NCBI RefSeq assembly: GCF_006345805.1
Contig: NC_042998.1
Span: 102,238,001 to 102,302,000, forward strand
DNA length: 64,000 nt
DNA from: Octopus sinensis
Taxonomy: Eukaryota
Direction of reading: 5' to 3'
This document shows, in pieces, positions 39,565-53,589 of the stretch (within the stretch, counting starts at the first letter, position 1; the number at the start of each line of letters is the position of its first letter). Position numbers and translations under genes: made by a program. Below the pieces are notes generated by a model. It saw only the letters and a list, made by a program, of their open reading frames with translations. It did not search any database and was not told where the DNA came from.

Positions 39565-42500
39565 CATACATACACGTAACCAATATTTCAAGGAAAACTG
39601 AAATAATGAATAGTATCGAAGTCATTGATTTAAATTCTCTTACTTGCAACGTAAATAAAATAGTTTTTGCTTCATTCAGATATCGGGGCCAGGCACCGGA
39701 TTTGGCCCGGATGAATTATACAACTTATTCTGTAGTAAAAAGCATAGTTCTAATTGATTTTAACCAGGCATAAATATCGAATCAATATTTTTAGAATATA
39801 GGATACATAATTAACTAATGAGTATCAATAATACTATGTTACTGAACATAGAAGAGTCTATTTTATTTACTAAAGAACATAATTCTTTATGCATCATTAC
39901 TGCATACATTTTCTCAGTATAAACTAGCAATGTCTGTGGCAATTTTATACTTATATGGAAAACTGTATAATTGTTGCAAGTTTATAAGGGATCATGTAAA
40001 GTATAAGTTTTGAGGCTGTACATTTGTTAATGCAATGTCTGCAAAGGTAACATTGAATGTGTAATCTTTGGAGAGCGTAGTTTCGAAAACCTATACTTTT
40101 TGGCATACACATGTCACTTTTAGATTCGAAATGTTATTTATTATCTATTTTCTGGTCATTGAAAAGCAATTAATCAAGAATATGGAACAAAACGAAAAGC
40201 TTTACTTCTCTATAACATTACTCTCACTCACGACCGTTGCACTGACAAAGCATCAACAACTATTGAGACAAGGTGTTTTATTCTTAATTTCATACAAAGA
40301 AATGTATACGATTGCACTTAAACTCGCAGTTCCAGTAATCCACTTCTATGACTACGTTACTGTATTGGGAACTAAATTTACCAATTATAAGAACAATCAC
40401 TGATGCTATGAATAATATGATTGTTGTTTGTGTAATAGATATTTTCAACTAAAATCCATGTTCGTAAATAAGACTATAGTAAAATAATATGATATTTAAA
40501 TGAAAAGAAAGAAATTATATGGCAACATTTGGTGCCGTATAGAGTCTCTGTCTTGTTATCGTCCTTTGTTTATGTCTATCGTTGTGGTTGATAGAACTAG
40601 TAAAACAATATAGAGAATTCAATTTATTCTACAGGCACATTAGCAACTGATAAACTTTTAAGTCTTAAGATATCAATATCAATGATCAAATGCTGATTAA
40701 AAATAGCATGCATGAAGAAAGTTTCAAGTAGCATAAAAGTTTTAACTTCCAACAAAGGGATTTTCCCTTCAATATAATGACATTAATCAGAAGAGACTAC
40801 CAAACTCTCATTAAGTTACTCAAATTTCACCTTATCACTAATCATGCTATAAGTCAGCATATGAAGTGCTGTAAACATGATCCCTGATTCAGAATATATA
40901 GCGAAGGGGCTAGTAAAAATGCCACTCTGTAAGAAAATCCTACAGTAGGAAATAAGTTATTGTTAAAACCAGAAAAAGGAAAAGTCGTGCAGTTAGTCAC
41001 AATGTGTTCCGAGTATATGAAGAGGAGTATTTTTATGTTCACGAGGTGAGTAAGATGAGAGTGAACGCATTATTGTAAATTGAACGTTTAAGTATTCATG
41101 TTCTCTAAGATAAATTTAAGATGAATTTTAGAGGTAATCTACATTCATGCTAATATATTCTATTAGATACACCATAATATTATTTTTGAAGTCCAATTAC
41201 ATAAAATAAATATTAGCAAATAAGAAAAAAAACGAACAATATAAAATTACACAAAAATAACTTTTGCAAATTTCATTCGACTGTATGTACATGAAATCAT
41301 ATGGTTTGTGTCTATAAATTTGAGAAACTGAACATTTATAACTTTCTACGTCAATAGACAACTATTGTTACAGAAACTGTTTTATATACCTTCTAGGAAC
41401 TGCTCGAAGCGTACTAACTTCCTACAGCTTGATCCTTAGATTTTACCTTTTCATATTATGTATATATGTGTGTGAATGTGTGTGCGTGTGTGTGGGAATC
41501 TTGAGTTTAAAATGCTGTATCAATGAATTCAAATAATGTACAAACAAGCTTAGGAGGAAATTTGATTATTTCTATATATAAGGGGACTTTTAAATTTTTA
41601 CCGCAGAAAGTTTGCTGTCCACTGTTATCTTTGAAGCCTAAATCATTGAAAATAGGACAAGGTTGTCTTTAGATCTTCTGCATACAACGCATTCATGCTT
41701 CTCAGAGCACAAACTGTCCGTGTTAATCGTCGGAAACATTATGTATTTCATCCTAAATAGAGACAGCATTTGTTTCATATTATTCAGTTGTAAGGCTGTA
41801 TGAAGCCCATTTTGTTAACTTCTCTTGTATTTCCGAAAACTGAAGAGGAATATATTTGCCTTCTAGTATGACGTGTTTAGACTTGAATCACTAACGAGCG
41901 AGTTACAACAAGCAGGATACAGTTAGACGGAGTGACTTAGCACTTGTGGGGCAAAAATATGGAATATCGATAATATATCTCTACAATTCCTGTTATCTAG
42001 AATTTTCGAAAACTAGATCATTACTGAGAAGCAAGATAAGTTGTATTTTTCGTACCAGTCATAGGTGATTCTGTTTGCGTTGGGTTCGACAATCTAGAGT
42101 TGGTATTATATACCAAAATTTCATGTGCAGTGTTTTGCTATAATATGCAGAGTACGTAAAGCTTACAATCCTCTGCTATTATCAATCCCCAGTCATATTT
42201 CATTACTCCTCGTTTCTTGACAGTTTCAATCACCCAGCAATTATTTGGGTCTCTGCTGATAATGCATTTCATGTTTTTCCTCCGCTGAATAAAATTTAGT
42301 GTCAATCTATTTAAAATAAAACACTTGAAAGAAGGGGATACCTGCCTTCTCAACACATTGAGTGTAAAATAATAATATGAGAGCACGAATCTATACGCGA
42401 TTGTTCCTGCAGGAGCATTAGATTGAACGTAATTAGGATGAACGATAAAACGCTAAAAAAGATTAAAATATGTTAAAAGTTTTGCCAGGCCAAAAGCGCA

Positions 42501-43045
42501 CAATACCGAACGATATAATGCTTAAAGATGAAAGGCTCGGAGTTTAAAATATAATCTGTATATATAAAAGGCAGGATGTGTTTGTTTGCTTGTGTGTGTT
42601 GGGGGGTGTATGTGTGTACGTGAATGTAATTTATGCACGTCCACAAATTAGTACGCATATCACTCCAATTTTAGGAGGACATTCGTCATGATCGTAGCTG
42701 TATTTTCGTCAACTTATTTTTCTCAGAGAATAGCAGGAAAATATTTTTTCAACCAAAATTTTTAACAATTTGCAAGCTGGAGAAAACACTATTGATTACA
42801 AACAGGAGTTAAGTCCCCTTCTAGGGACGAGTAAGTTTTTGTTAAGACTTTTGTTGTTTATGTTCCATCAAGGAAAGAAGTGTTTTGTTGATATACGGGC
42901 AACACACACACACACACACACACATACACACACACAAACACACACACACACGCACAAACACACATGAACATATATGCGTACAAAAAACACGTATGCAATA
43001 GGTGTACGAACGTACGTATGTGTATGTTCGTGTTTCCCTATATCA

Positions 43046-43080
<35 letters not shown>

Positions 43081-43329
43081 AAGTCTTAGTTGTGATCTGA
43101 ACATAACCGATTCTGGCACAGAGAATCGGGAGCCCTTTTGGGCATTCTATTTCCTTGCCGGAACGGTTCCCAACCCATGGGTGAAAGGGGAGGTTAGATG
43201 ATGTGGGTGGTGTTTTCAAAGGGCTGATATGTGCAACCTGATCACCTCTGCCGATCAAACTCCCAACTCATGCGCTCCAGTCACAACAATGATTCTGCGG
43301 AAGTGGGTTGTTTGTGAAAATTAACTTTA

Positions 43330-43830
43330 AAGTATAAATATAGATGCTTTTGAATCATCAATATTGTGTTCGGTTAAGCCCGATTTGGGGTGAAAAGTAA
43401 ATAAACTGATTCCTTATTAGTGTTTCCAGTTAATCAGGATAAACAAATATCGGTAAACCGATTCCTTATAGGATTTCCCAATAAAATTGGCTTCAGCCTC
43501 TTTTCAACCATAACTTTTACCAATTTTCATGTATTTTGTTTAAACTTGATGTCAGCATTACTTAGGATTCATGGGATCTTCCAATGCTTTAAGTTCTCCA
43601 AAAACGGAAAAAATCGATAGGGGAAAAAATCGATAAACCGATTCCTTATGGGATTACCCAATCAAGTTGTCTGCAACTCATTTTCAGCTAAAAGTTTACC
43701 AATTTCAACAGCTTTTGCCCAAATTTGAAGTAGAAGTTACTTAGTTTGGTTTGAAACTAAGTAAGTAACTTGATTAATTTAATAATCCTAAATTAATCCT
43801 GGGTAAAGCCGGGCTATACGGCTAGTTAGG
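43330..43830 (-). mobile_element. Possible Helitron/Helentron-associated non-autonomous element
   Basis: Terminal actagccgtatagcccggctttacccagg (a similar end occurs at ~31888+) and an internal duplicated taaaccgattccttat subrepeat. Confidence 0.35.
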
Positions 43831-43890
43831 AAATACAACCTAAATATAATTTACATTTGACGGATATTTATCCTCATCTTGATTGTTGCT

Positions 43891-43936
43891 AACGCAACGT
43901 TTCGGCTGATATACCCTCCAGCCTTCATCAGGTGTC
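43891..43936 (-). ncRNA. Minimal hammerhead ribozyme
   Basis: gacac CTGATGA aGGCTG..CAGCC GAAA CG TT gcgtt, with one stem I mismatch. Confidence 0.65.
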
Positions 43937-44811
43937 TTGGGAAAATTTCGAACCTGGCTTCTCATTCCAAAGGTATATTTCGACATTATTATTATTCGAA
44001 CTCGGAATCTTGGGGTTAGTAGCCCGCGCTCTTAAGCACTGCAATTATGGAGTGCATTTTGGGGCTTATAAATCTAATATTTTTCTATCTTTCCATAATA
44101 CTGGCTCCCATATGGTACTCATATCTGTACTCGGTCTGCTTAGAAGGTTGTGGTGTCCTAACATACGTGCTGCTTATTTTAGTGTTCGGATTTGCCAGTG
44201 TTGTTCTCTAAGTATTATTTTAACTTCATCCCACAAGAGGAGGTGGTCTCCATTGTTCCATACATGATCAGCTTTACCCGATTTATCAATATCTTCTCGT
44301 GTCACAGATTTGCGATATTCGTCCACCCTTATTTTGAGGGAGCAGCATGTGTCGCCTTTGCGTAACCTAACACAGCGGCATGTGATGGAGTACACGCAGT
44401 CTTTTATCATATTTTCCTCTATTGGTGGTTTTACTCGAAGGAGATATTTGCGAAGTGTTGTATTACTCTTGAGCACTGTCCTGATGCAATATGAGCCGCA
44501 TATCTTTTGTATGTTTTCGGAGAAGCCTTTCACATAATGTAGAGAGACCGTGGACAGTTTATTGGTTTTATCCACTCTTTACTTCATAATGTGAGAGGAT
44601 AGTATGTTTTGAGGGAAGTTGTTAATTAATAGATTGTTACTTAACTTGATGCTTTCTTCGTGGTGGGTATCACGATCGTTACTTATATTCTTTGCTCGAT
44701 ATTTTAGGTACTGAGCAAACCGTCTCTTTACACTGTATGGATGGTGGGAATTAAGGAAGGTTAGGAATATATTAGATTTATAATCTTAAAATTCACTCCA
44801 CAATTTCCCAA

Positions 44812-44885
44812 GGGTATATGGCGTAGTGTTTAAAGTGCGGGCTAATAACCTTAAGATTCCGAGTTCGATTCCAAGCGATGACAGG
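44812..44885 (+). promoter_or_regulatory. tRNA-like Pol III internal promoter (A/B boxes) inside a PLE pLTR
   Basis: A-box tggcgtagtgtt at 44819 and B-box gagttcgattcc at 44861, with an anticodon-like arm between them. Confidence 0.6.
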
Positions 44886-46978
44886 AATAATAATAATAAT
44901 AATAATGATAACAATTGCATCGAAAACACCTTAAGAATGAGAAACCAGGTTCGAATTTTCCCGAAGACACGTTTAACTGTTTATGTTCTTATATGACATA
45001 TATTTCAGAGAAATCTTCAGATGAATTTTACTCGTAATTTAAATTCATGCTGATATACTCTTGATGCTGTTAAGTACACTGTAATATTTAATGTTGAATT
45101 AAATAAAATAGATATTAACAAATAAGTAAAAATGAACAAAATAATAATTACAAAAATAGCTTTTATTATCCTTATTTGACTGTATGTACATAAATCCATA
45201 TTGTTTTTATATTATAAGTATTAGAAATGAACGTATTTGAATAAATCGTAAGAAACCAAAATTGGTAAAATTGCAAATTGCACGGTTGATTATTCAAATC
45301 CGGTTGTGCACAATTCATCGCAATTTCTTCGAGATAATTATTACAGATAATTTTCACCCATTCTACTGTAGTATTTAAAATTATTGCATGTGCTAATGAT
45401 TGCCAATAAAATATATAAAACCAACATATAATTGAAAATGTAATGGACAAATTTCCTTAAACAAATTATTATTATTTTGGTAAGTTTGTTGCTATACGCA
45501 TAGAGCTTCTGTGCTGTTGAGGGCATTAAATTATATGAAATTAATTATAAGATTAAAATATATGAAGTTATTTACGTGTTTTCAATTGTATGTTCTTATA
45601 AATATCTTAAATATATATACTGATAATTAAAACTTTGTGTTCGAATGGGCGTAAAACTTGATCAAACTATTTGAGAGTTGATCAGAGTGTTTTATTTTAT
45701 GAAATGAGAAAAAATTATCTTTGTGTATAAGACTGATAATTAGGAGTATCATTCAAACGCAATTGTTATTAACAAGTAGTCGAATTTGAAACGCATAACT
45801 TTATATCAGTTAAGACTTGGGGAAAAATCATGTGAGGAAATGGTCAATTGAGACACAGAGGAAATTAATTAGGAGCGGATGAATAGAAAGGTGGTAGGGG
45901 AAATGAAAGTGATAAACGATGAGTTTGGTAATGATAAGGGGATTAGACGTCTTTGATTGTTGTAGAAGTTTTCCCGCAATAAATGAATTAATTAGAAAAG
46001 GATTTTGTTCGTAATGTTTGAGCAAATTTTGGACTTAAGCAAAGAAATCCGCAGTACCTTATTGTCAGTGTTCAGACCAGTGAAATATTGCAAAATTTTC
46101 TGTTATACAAATTTTACATCAGCTACACCGCCCCTGTGTCTGTAGATGTTATGGAATCAAGGCTGACTCATTGTATCATTATTCCGTCCGTGTACTTGTA
46201 ATATGGAACCAGATGAGCTTGTATTGTGTCACGTCTCCGGAATAACCAATAATCACATTAATTTAAGATCATAAAACTCGTTAGGCTCAGGATAAACATA
46301 CACTCACATATAGACACATGCACATACATATATATATACATATATCCAAAATTTTGGATTTTTATTCACATGCACAGCAAACCCAGCTGCCAACCTAATA
46401 CTATAAAATAACTTTTTTTCAGCATATCAAACTTCGATATGGGAAATATTCACAACCTTTTACGTCAATAATTTGGGACGAAAAGCGCACAATGCCAAAC
46501 GATATATTGCCTAAAGACCAAAGGCCCGGATTTTTAAACATAATTAGATAAAATAATCTAAACATTCTTAAAGCCATATATCTACAGTCAAAAACATATT
46601 TTTGTAGTGAAATATATTATATATTTACTTGAAAATATTGAGTGGTATTCAAGGTTTACGCTATCGAACTCGAAAGCCAAAATTCAAGTTGTTTCATATC
46701 GAAAATAACTTATAAAAATGGTTCATTAGCATAAGCATGAATAATCCTCTCTGCACGCACGCTCCGTTCATTACGATAATACATTTTCTAATTTCATATT
46801 TGCATTCACTTTCAATTTTCTCTGCTATTCTTTCCTGTAGACAGTTTTTAAGTGTACATAGCTATGTATCTCGTATATCGCGGATGGTTAATTTATACAA
46901 CACTTCATATCTAATCTGCTGATGTGGAACACAAGTACTTTGAGCGGCCAGAAGTGAGCTGATTGTTGTTACAATTAT

Positions 46979-47754
46979 ATACCAGGCTGAGTCGAAAGTT
47001 TTTTTTTCTTATCTTCATCGATGAATTTTGGTAACTTGTAACTTCCTGTTATATCATTATGTACAAATTGTTGTCCAATCGTTGATGAATTGTTTATTTT
47101 TTATGTTCATATATATAATAAATAAACATCTATTGTTTATTGCTTTTTTTTTACAGTTTTCATAATGAGTAGTGAAAAATTGCAATTAGTTGTATTTTAC
47201 ACTACCTGTCGAATAATGACTTAAAACAAGAGCATCGACTAATGAAATTAATGATTACGTTCCGGAGGACAATTTGTCCCCTTGCTTGAAATAGGTGAGA
47301 AACAACCAAGCACAAGTATTTGTACCTTGTCAGTAGACCTTGGCCTTTCACAAAGCACCATCAATAGACATCTCCGTAACATCGACCTTGTGAACCGATG
47401 CCGACGTGAAGCTTCTCAGGAACAACCTGATCGTGCGAACATTTGCAAACTGCTGGCAAATCCTGCAGATGCCCGTCTTTGTCATCGAATTGCAACTTGG
47501 AATTAAAATTTGATCTAATTTCCTTCACAGAATGTGGCTCAACATCATTGAAACGATAGACAACGGGTCGAGGGAATTTCTTACCCCCAAACCGACCACA
47601 TGATATAATCGTGGAATTGAACTGGTACAGTGATGGCAACCGTAAATTGACATGATGGAATATATTTTAATGAATAAGATTTTCGTACGTAATTTGTTTG
47701 ACTTCTTAGTTAAAACTTGAAATACGAGACAATTTCTGAATCAATCTTGTATAT
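46979..47754 (+). mobile_element. Decayed, internally deleted mariner (Tc1/mariner) element
   Basis: HTH-like PSTSICTLSVDLGLSQSTINRHL..ICKLL..RIAT, and a C-terminal YNRGI-like segment at ~47600. TIRs are weak. Confidence 0.65.
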
Positions 47755-48251
47755 ATATACAGAAAATGGAAAAAACCTCAAATTAACAAACACATCAATT
47801 GGACCACATTTATAGCTTATTTTTTAATACAAAGCATGACATAAACATTAGGTGAGGTAACATATCTTTCCGATCCGTTGCCAAAATAAATTTGTCTGTA
47901 AATAAATGCGAGAATAAGGTTCTTCTTCTTCATAGGGCATTCGAATCAAGGCGCGGAGCTTCATCAGAGTAGAAAACAAAAAAACATACAATATAAACAA
48001 ATGGAAGACGGAAAAGGAAAGAAAACATGGCCTAGACAAAAGGTCTAGAAGCCCAATATGTTAAAAGCATATAATTTACTATCTAGGGGCTACAAGGTCC
48101 GTAGGTAAAAGAGTGGGCTAGTAATGGTCTAGCGAATACTACAATTTATTAACGGGTAGATGCAATTTAATGGGGGCGGACAGGATATTTGAAAAGGAAG
48201 TTATCATGAAAATGTGTATATAAATATAGATAGAGAGATAGCTAGATAGAT

Positions 48252-48350
<99 letters not shown>

Positions 48351-49769
48351 GTATATATGTGTATATGTATATGTATATAGTATATTTCAGGATGGTCATT
48401 TTGTTTTCTCTTGCCAAATAAAAACACGCACTATATATATATATATATATTTTCTTCATTCGTTTATTACTGCTTTTATTTTATTATTGTAACTCATGTC
48501 CATTGTCCGAAAATCTTTCGTCACACATCTGTGACCTTTTTTGTGGCACTTTTCGTTTTGGTGTATGTTCCTGCTCCACTTACTCCATTCTGCTCTTCTA
48601 CGATGTGCACATGCGTTTGTGTCCTTGTTTTTGTGTGTGCGTGCGCGCGCGCGTTTGTGTGTATGTATATGTGTATGCTAGTGTGTGTGTCATAGTTTTT
48701 AGCAGCAGTGTGGCCTTAACCTCAGCCCCATCCTCTCACCCCATTTTTCTGCTGCCGTCTTAAGACCCGAAACGACAATATAGTATCCTTCCTGTATTCC
48801 TCTGTGTATGTGTGTTCGCCCACGGTGTTGCCTTTGTGGTAGCTGTTGTTGTTGTTATTGCCATCGTTAGCACCTCCGCTGCTGCTGACATGTTAGTTGT
48901 GCTATTGACATTGTTATGGCCGTTCATGAAATTTCATGTGTGCGTGCGTGTGTAGGGGGGAGCAGCATGAAATAAAAATTATACTGACAATTGGAGCAAC
49001 ATGAAATGAAGATAATACAGATTACCCGCAATGCAATTATATAATTAATCCAAAATTATTGACACTTAAAACTGAAATGAGATGAAAAGGACAACTAATA
49101 CTCAAATTAGAGTTTAAAAGACATAAAAAGCAAAAAATGTTATAATGATATACTATATTGCTTATTAAACATTTAAATCAATGACTAATAAAACGAACTT
49201 AGATAAAACAAAGATGCATATGTATTAATCTTAATTAAGCAATCAATCAACGTTTTCCAGTACAACTCACCCAAAAGTTCTAAAGATCGTTATCCCGGGT
49301 GTTTAGGTATCAATAAGTAAAATAGTAGACAGAAACCAAGAGACTACATAGATCAAACACTCAGGCGTTTAACACTTATTAAAAATTAATAAATATTACG
49401 CGGAGATTCAATATAAAATAATCGTAGTGAAATTACACCATATTTCATTAATAAATCAATACTTTATTTAAACACAAAATTCTGGTCAAATTTAGACGTA
49501 TAAAGAAAAACTAGTTAAAAAAAAAGAAAATACAGAACAAAAATAATATTAAGTAGGATAAGATTGATAAAATAGATCAACATTCATCTCTGTAAGGAAA
49601 TCAGGTGTGATTCTGGCTAATATGTAAATATGAATTTTATATTTCGGTGTATTTTTTTTTCACACAGTATGAAAGTAATTCAAGTAAATACGTTTAAATC
49701 TTCAGGCTCAAACTCTTGTTGCATGAAAATAATTAAAAATCTTAGATAACTGATGCAATATAATTATAA

Positions 49770-49791
49770 CAACTACTACTACTACTACTAG

Positions 49792-49853
<62 letters not shown>

Positions 49854-49900
49854 ATAATAATAATAATATTAATAATAACAATAATAATGATGATGTTGAT
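49770..49900 (+). repeat. (TAC)n followed by (TAA)n microsatellite
   Basis: Direct reading. Confidence 0.95.
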
Positions 49901-51035
49901 AATAAGAACAACTACAACAACTATAGAACGTATTCGAAAAGGAGGTCTATTTCTCCAAGAAGTGAGATATGCAGAACATTTAGAAATTTCTATTTACATA
50001 ATCAGTTAATTACATCACATACAATAAGGCTAACTTCAGTACTACTACATCAGAGGAAATCGACTAAACATCTAAGAATGTATAAGTATATGCATGCATA
50101 CATAAAACACATTCGCACATACACACATACATACATATATATATATGTATAAATGATATAACATATATGCATATATCTATATATACACATATATACACAT
50201 ATATGTATGCATCCATGCACACATATGTGCCGTCATATATATAGTTATGCATATGTATTTGATTTTATATATATTAATGTACACATATGTAGATTCTTAT
50301 GTCATTATGCGTGATCTAAAATATGGTGAAGCAAAATTCTCCTAACGCTATTAATTCAAGTCAGAAAATATTGTAACACCTACGATCCCATTCGATTTAC
50401 TCATGCACGCAATTATCGATGTGTACTTATTCGCATATATAAATCATGTATGATATTAAGTAGCAAAAAAATAATGCGGGTTTTTGCGCAGAGATTCTCT
50501 TGTTTCTTTGTGCGGTGTCAAGATTCAAATATTTTTGCTTTGTGAAGTTGAGGGAATGGTTTACATGAAAATTGGTGTTTAGGGTGCGAATATGTAATAT
50601 GCTTCCCAGATTCTATTTCTAACATAGAATCCAATTTTGTTGAGGTGCATTTGGAAGTAATGCAGTCACGCATGATATACTTTGTAGATCTACAATACTA
50701 AGATCATTAAATTTATTTTTCTACGACGATAGATAATCAGTATTTGTTACAAAATATATTCTTTGCCTCTGCAGCTTAAAGCTAAGAAAAGGAAGCTGCA
50801 CCTCATTGTTTTCTTTAAAATATGACCGTCGAATGCTGCTTAAGATTGTAACCATGAAAAGAGTGGTTATTCTCGGTTAGGAGAAAATGTATTTTGTGTC
50901 CCTCAGGAATCCGATTATTATTGTATGCGGTTTCATAGATGGGATATTATATTATCCACTCTGTAAGAAAGCAGGCGATAAGGTAACTCTTAATTTAAGC
51001 TGATATTTATCTTAAGTTGATATCTATTTAAGATA

Positions 51036-51083
51036 TCTATCTGTCTGCCCATCTATCTGTCTGTCTATCTATCTATCTATCTA

Positions 51084-51147
<64 letters not shown>

Positions 51148-51275
51148 CGTCCTGTCAGTCTGTCTGTATGTATGTCCTTCCTTCTACTCTCTGACTTTCT
51201 ATCTGTCTCTTTGTATGTCTATCTCTCTGGCTATCTGTCTGTCTGTCTATCTATCTATCTATTTATCGATCTATC
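51036..51275 (+). repeat. Compound (TCTA)/(TCTG)/(TC)n microsatellite
   Basis: Direct reading. Confidence 0.9.
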
Positions 51276-52725
51276 ATTTTAATAATTGTTCGTTTCTCAG
51301 AAAATATATCGCAAATGATAACAAGACGTTGCCTATGCATGCTGATATTGAGGAAATGGGAATGAAGCTTGTACTGTCTGTTAAATAACATTCTCGAACA
51401 CAGGTAAAAAAAAAATTGATATTTACTACTACATAGAAATAGATAAACCTATACCTGCAGAGATAAAATAACATTTCTGAGGATGATTATCTGCACCATA
51501 GAAGAAAATAGAAAAGCAAACAAAAAAGAAACTGAGAAAATTGTAGTTGTTATTTACTTCGTGTTATGTGTAGTTTATCTGGCCATAGATAGGATATCTA
51601 TTTAGCCATGTATATTAAGGGAAATAATTTCAGTCTAGAATGTAATAACATAAACTAATTTACTACTCATTGGTTTACGATTGTATATTCATTTTTTGCA
51701 TTTACTGTACAATGACGAAAAAACAGTTTTGTTTGATCTTTCAATATGTACTCGAAACATCATTTGCAGGACACTTTCTTTATGAACAGCTGTTATCAAA
51801 TTCCTTAAACAAGATATAAATAATTTTAGACGGTAAATTAGTTCTTTCGCTAATAAATAAAATTATTAGTTACTTTATTATTGTTTAAACCTAATCACAT
51901 CTTCTGCTGACATTTGATGAAATGGACAAAACAATATGAAACTTTTAAGCAAAGAGAACATTTTTCAGATTGGCTTATTAGGATTAGTTACAATGTTTTC
52001 ACATACGGTTACTTTACCTCTTTTGTTAAGAAATATTATTCTAATTAATCCCTCGATTTGCTAGAAAATGCTGACAAATCTCGATCACATATCACAAAAT
52101 CATTGTCGAAGATCACTTTTAGTTCACTGCACTACTGGCACCGAAAGAGACAACAGATTTTCATTGCTACTCAGGTGATACATCTATCATAGATTTATAT
52201 TTATCCGAAAACACCACATTCTTCGTCTATACATTCACACACACACATATACATATTCACACACTCACACACTCACACGCACATAGAGACTCTCTTCTGA
52301 GAAAACTAACACTGTGCAACTGATTAGTAGTTTCAAAAGACTTGGAGCCTCTGGCGATGACCTTCTTACCGTGAAAACCTTCAAGATTTTCTGGTGATCA
52401 TTCCAAATTAAATTCAGACAATATTTGAATCTTTTACATGGTTTCCAAACAATCTATTACAAACTATGGACAGAATATTACTTTCAGCATTCTAGAATTC
52501 GTCATTCTGATATTTTCAGTGCATCGCAAAAATCAAATTTAATTCTATAAGTGTCTTTGATCAGCACTCTTCATAGGATCGTGGATTGTTTGCGCAAGAT
52601 CAGTCCAACATGCAAGCAAATTTCGATTAGTTCTCAAGGATCAGTTTAAATTTGCGTCATTATCAGCATTGCAAAATCAGAATCAGAGTATGAATACGAA
52701 AATTAGATGCAACCTTCATAGTGTA

Positions 52726-53323
52726 ACTAAGGTCATCTTATTTTTGAACATACTCCCCTTTGCGGTCCACATATTTTTTTCCATCGGTGTTACAGTGCTT
52801 GTATTCCGTTGATGAAGAAACTTTCATCATGCTGATCAAAAATGTCGTCAACAACTAATTTTATGTCATCATCACCGCAAAACAGCTTCACAACCAAGTA
52901 ATTTTTCATGCTGCAGATCGGATGGTAGTAATATGTAGCAAGAGAATACGGTGTATGATTAACCATTTCAAAGCCATAGTCACATACAGTAGCACTGTCC
53001 TGACGGTACGTTCCCTGGGCATTTGTTTTTGACACTCTTTCGTAACTGCCTCAGCCAATTGTTATAGTATTCTCCATTGATGGCGTGACCCTTTTGAATA
53101 TAATCAATACACACAACACCATGCGCATGCCCAAAAACTGAGACCATAATCTTCTTTGCAGAGGAAATGACCTTGGCCTTCCTTGGAGCAGGTGAATAGT
53201 GGTGTTTCCACTGCATATATTCTCACTTGGTCTCTGGCTCAAACTGATGAACCCAACATTCGTTCTGTCTAAGGAGATGTTCAATGAAACCATATGGGTC
53301 TCTCTCAAACGATGTCAGGTTTT
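52726..53323 (-). mobile_element. Mariner transposase remnant, C-terminal half
   Basis: PRKAKVISSAKKIMVSVF..GVVCIDYIQKGHAINGEYY, and HTPYS (HPPYSPDLAP-like). Confidence 0.85.
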
Positions 53324-53470
53324 TACATTATTTACATTCGACAAAAATTTTGTCCTCATCTTGTTTGTTGTTAACACTACGTTTCGGCTGACATACCCTC
53401 CAGCCTTCTTCAGGTGTCTTGGGGAAATTTCGAACCTGGGTCCTCATTCCTAAGATATTTTTCGATGTTG
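53324..53470 (-). mobile_element. PLE pLTR (same family as 43.9 kb)
   Basis: Matches 43850-43990 and contains the HHR at 53373-53418. Confidence 0.85.
53373..53418 (-). ncRNA. Canonical minimal type I hammerhead ribozyme
   Basis: gacac CTGAAGA aGGCTG gagggtatgt CAGCC GAAA CG TA gtgtt. Stem III is ACGT and the cleavage triplet is GUA. Confidence 0.8.
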
Positions 53471-53589
53471 TTGTTATTATTATTATTATTATTATTGTTG
53501 TTGTTGTTGTTATTATTTTTTATTATTGTTGTTGTTGTTGCTGTTGTTGCTGTTGTTGCTGTTGTTGCTGTTGTTGTTGTTCATGATCC

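Larger units (their letters stand above)
43840..44970 (-). mobile_element. 5'-truncated Penelope-like element (thumb + GIY-YIG remnant) with pLTR and inverted pLTR fragment
   Basis: ORF 44174..44575- reads LHYVKGFSENI..CVYSITCRC..KGDTC.SLKIRVDEYRK..KS..ADHVW..H...WDEVKII. HHR at 43891-43936(-); inverted pLTR piece at 44790-44970(+). Confidence 0.85.

Noticed and set aside
37280-40420. Long hydrophobic minus-strand reading
   Set aside because: There are many stops and no recognisable family, and it is explainable by T-rich composition. Not called as a feature.
44812-44885. Functional tRNA gene
   Set aside because: The acceptor stem is incomplete and the sequence is embedded in a PLE repeat, so it is treated as a tRNA-derived promoter.
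47900-47960. Minus-strand ctgatgaagctcc
   Set aside because: There is no downstream GAAA or stem III.
48750-48780. ctgctgccgtcttaagacccgaaacg
   Set aside because: The core is too degenerate and there is no stem I.
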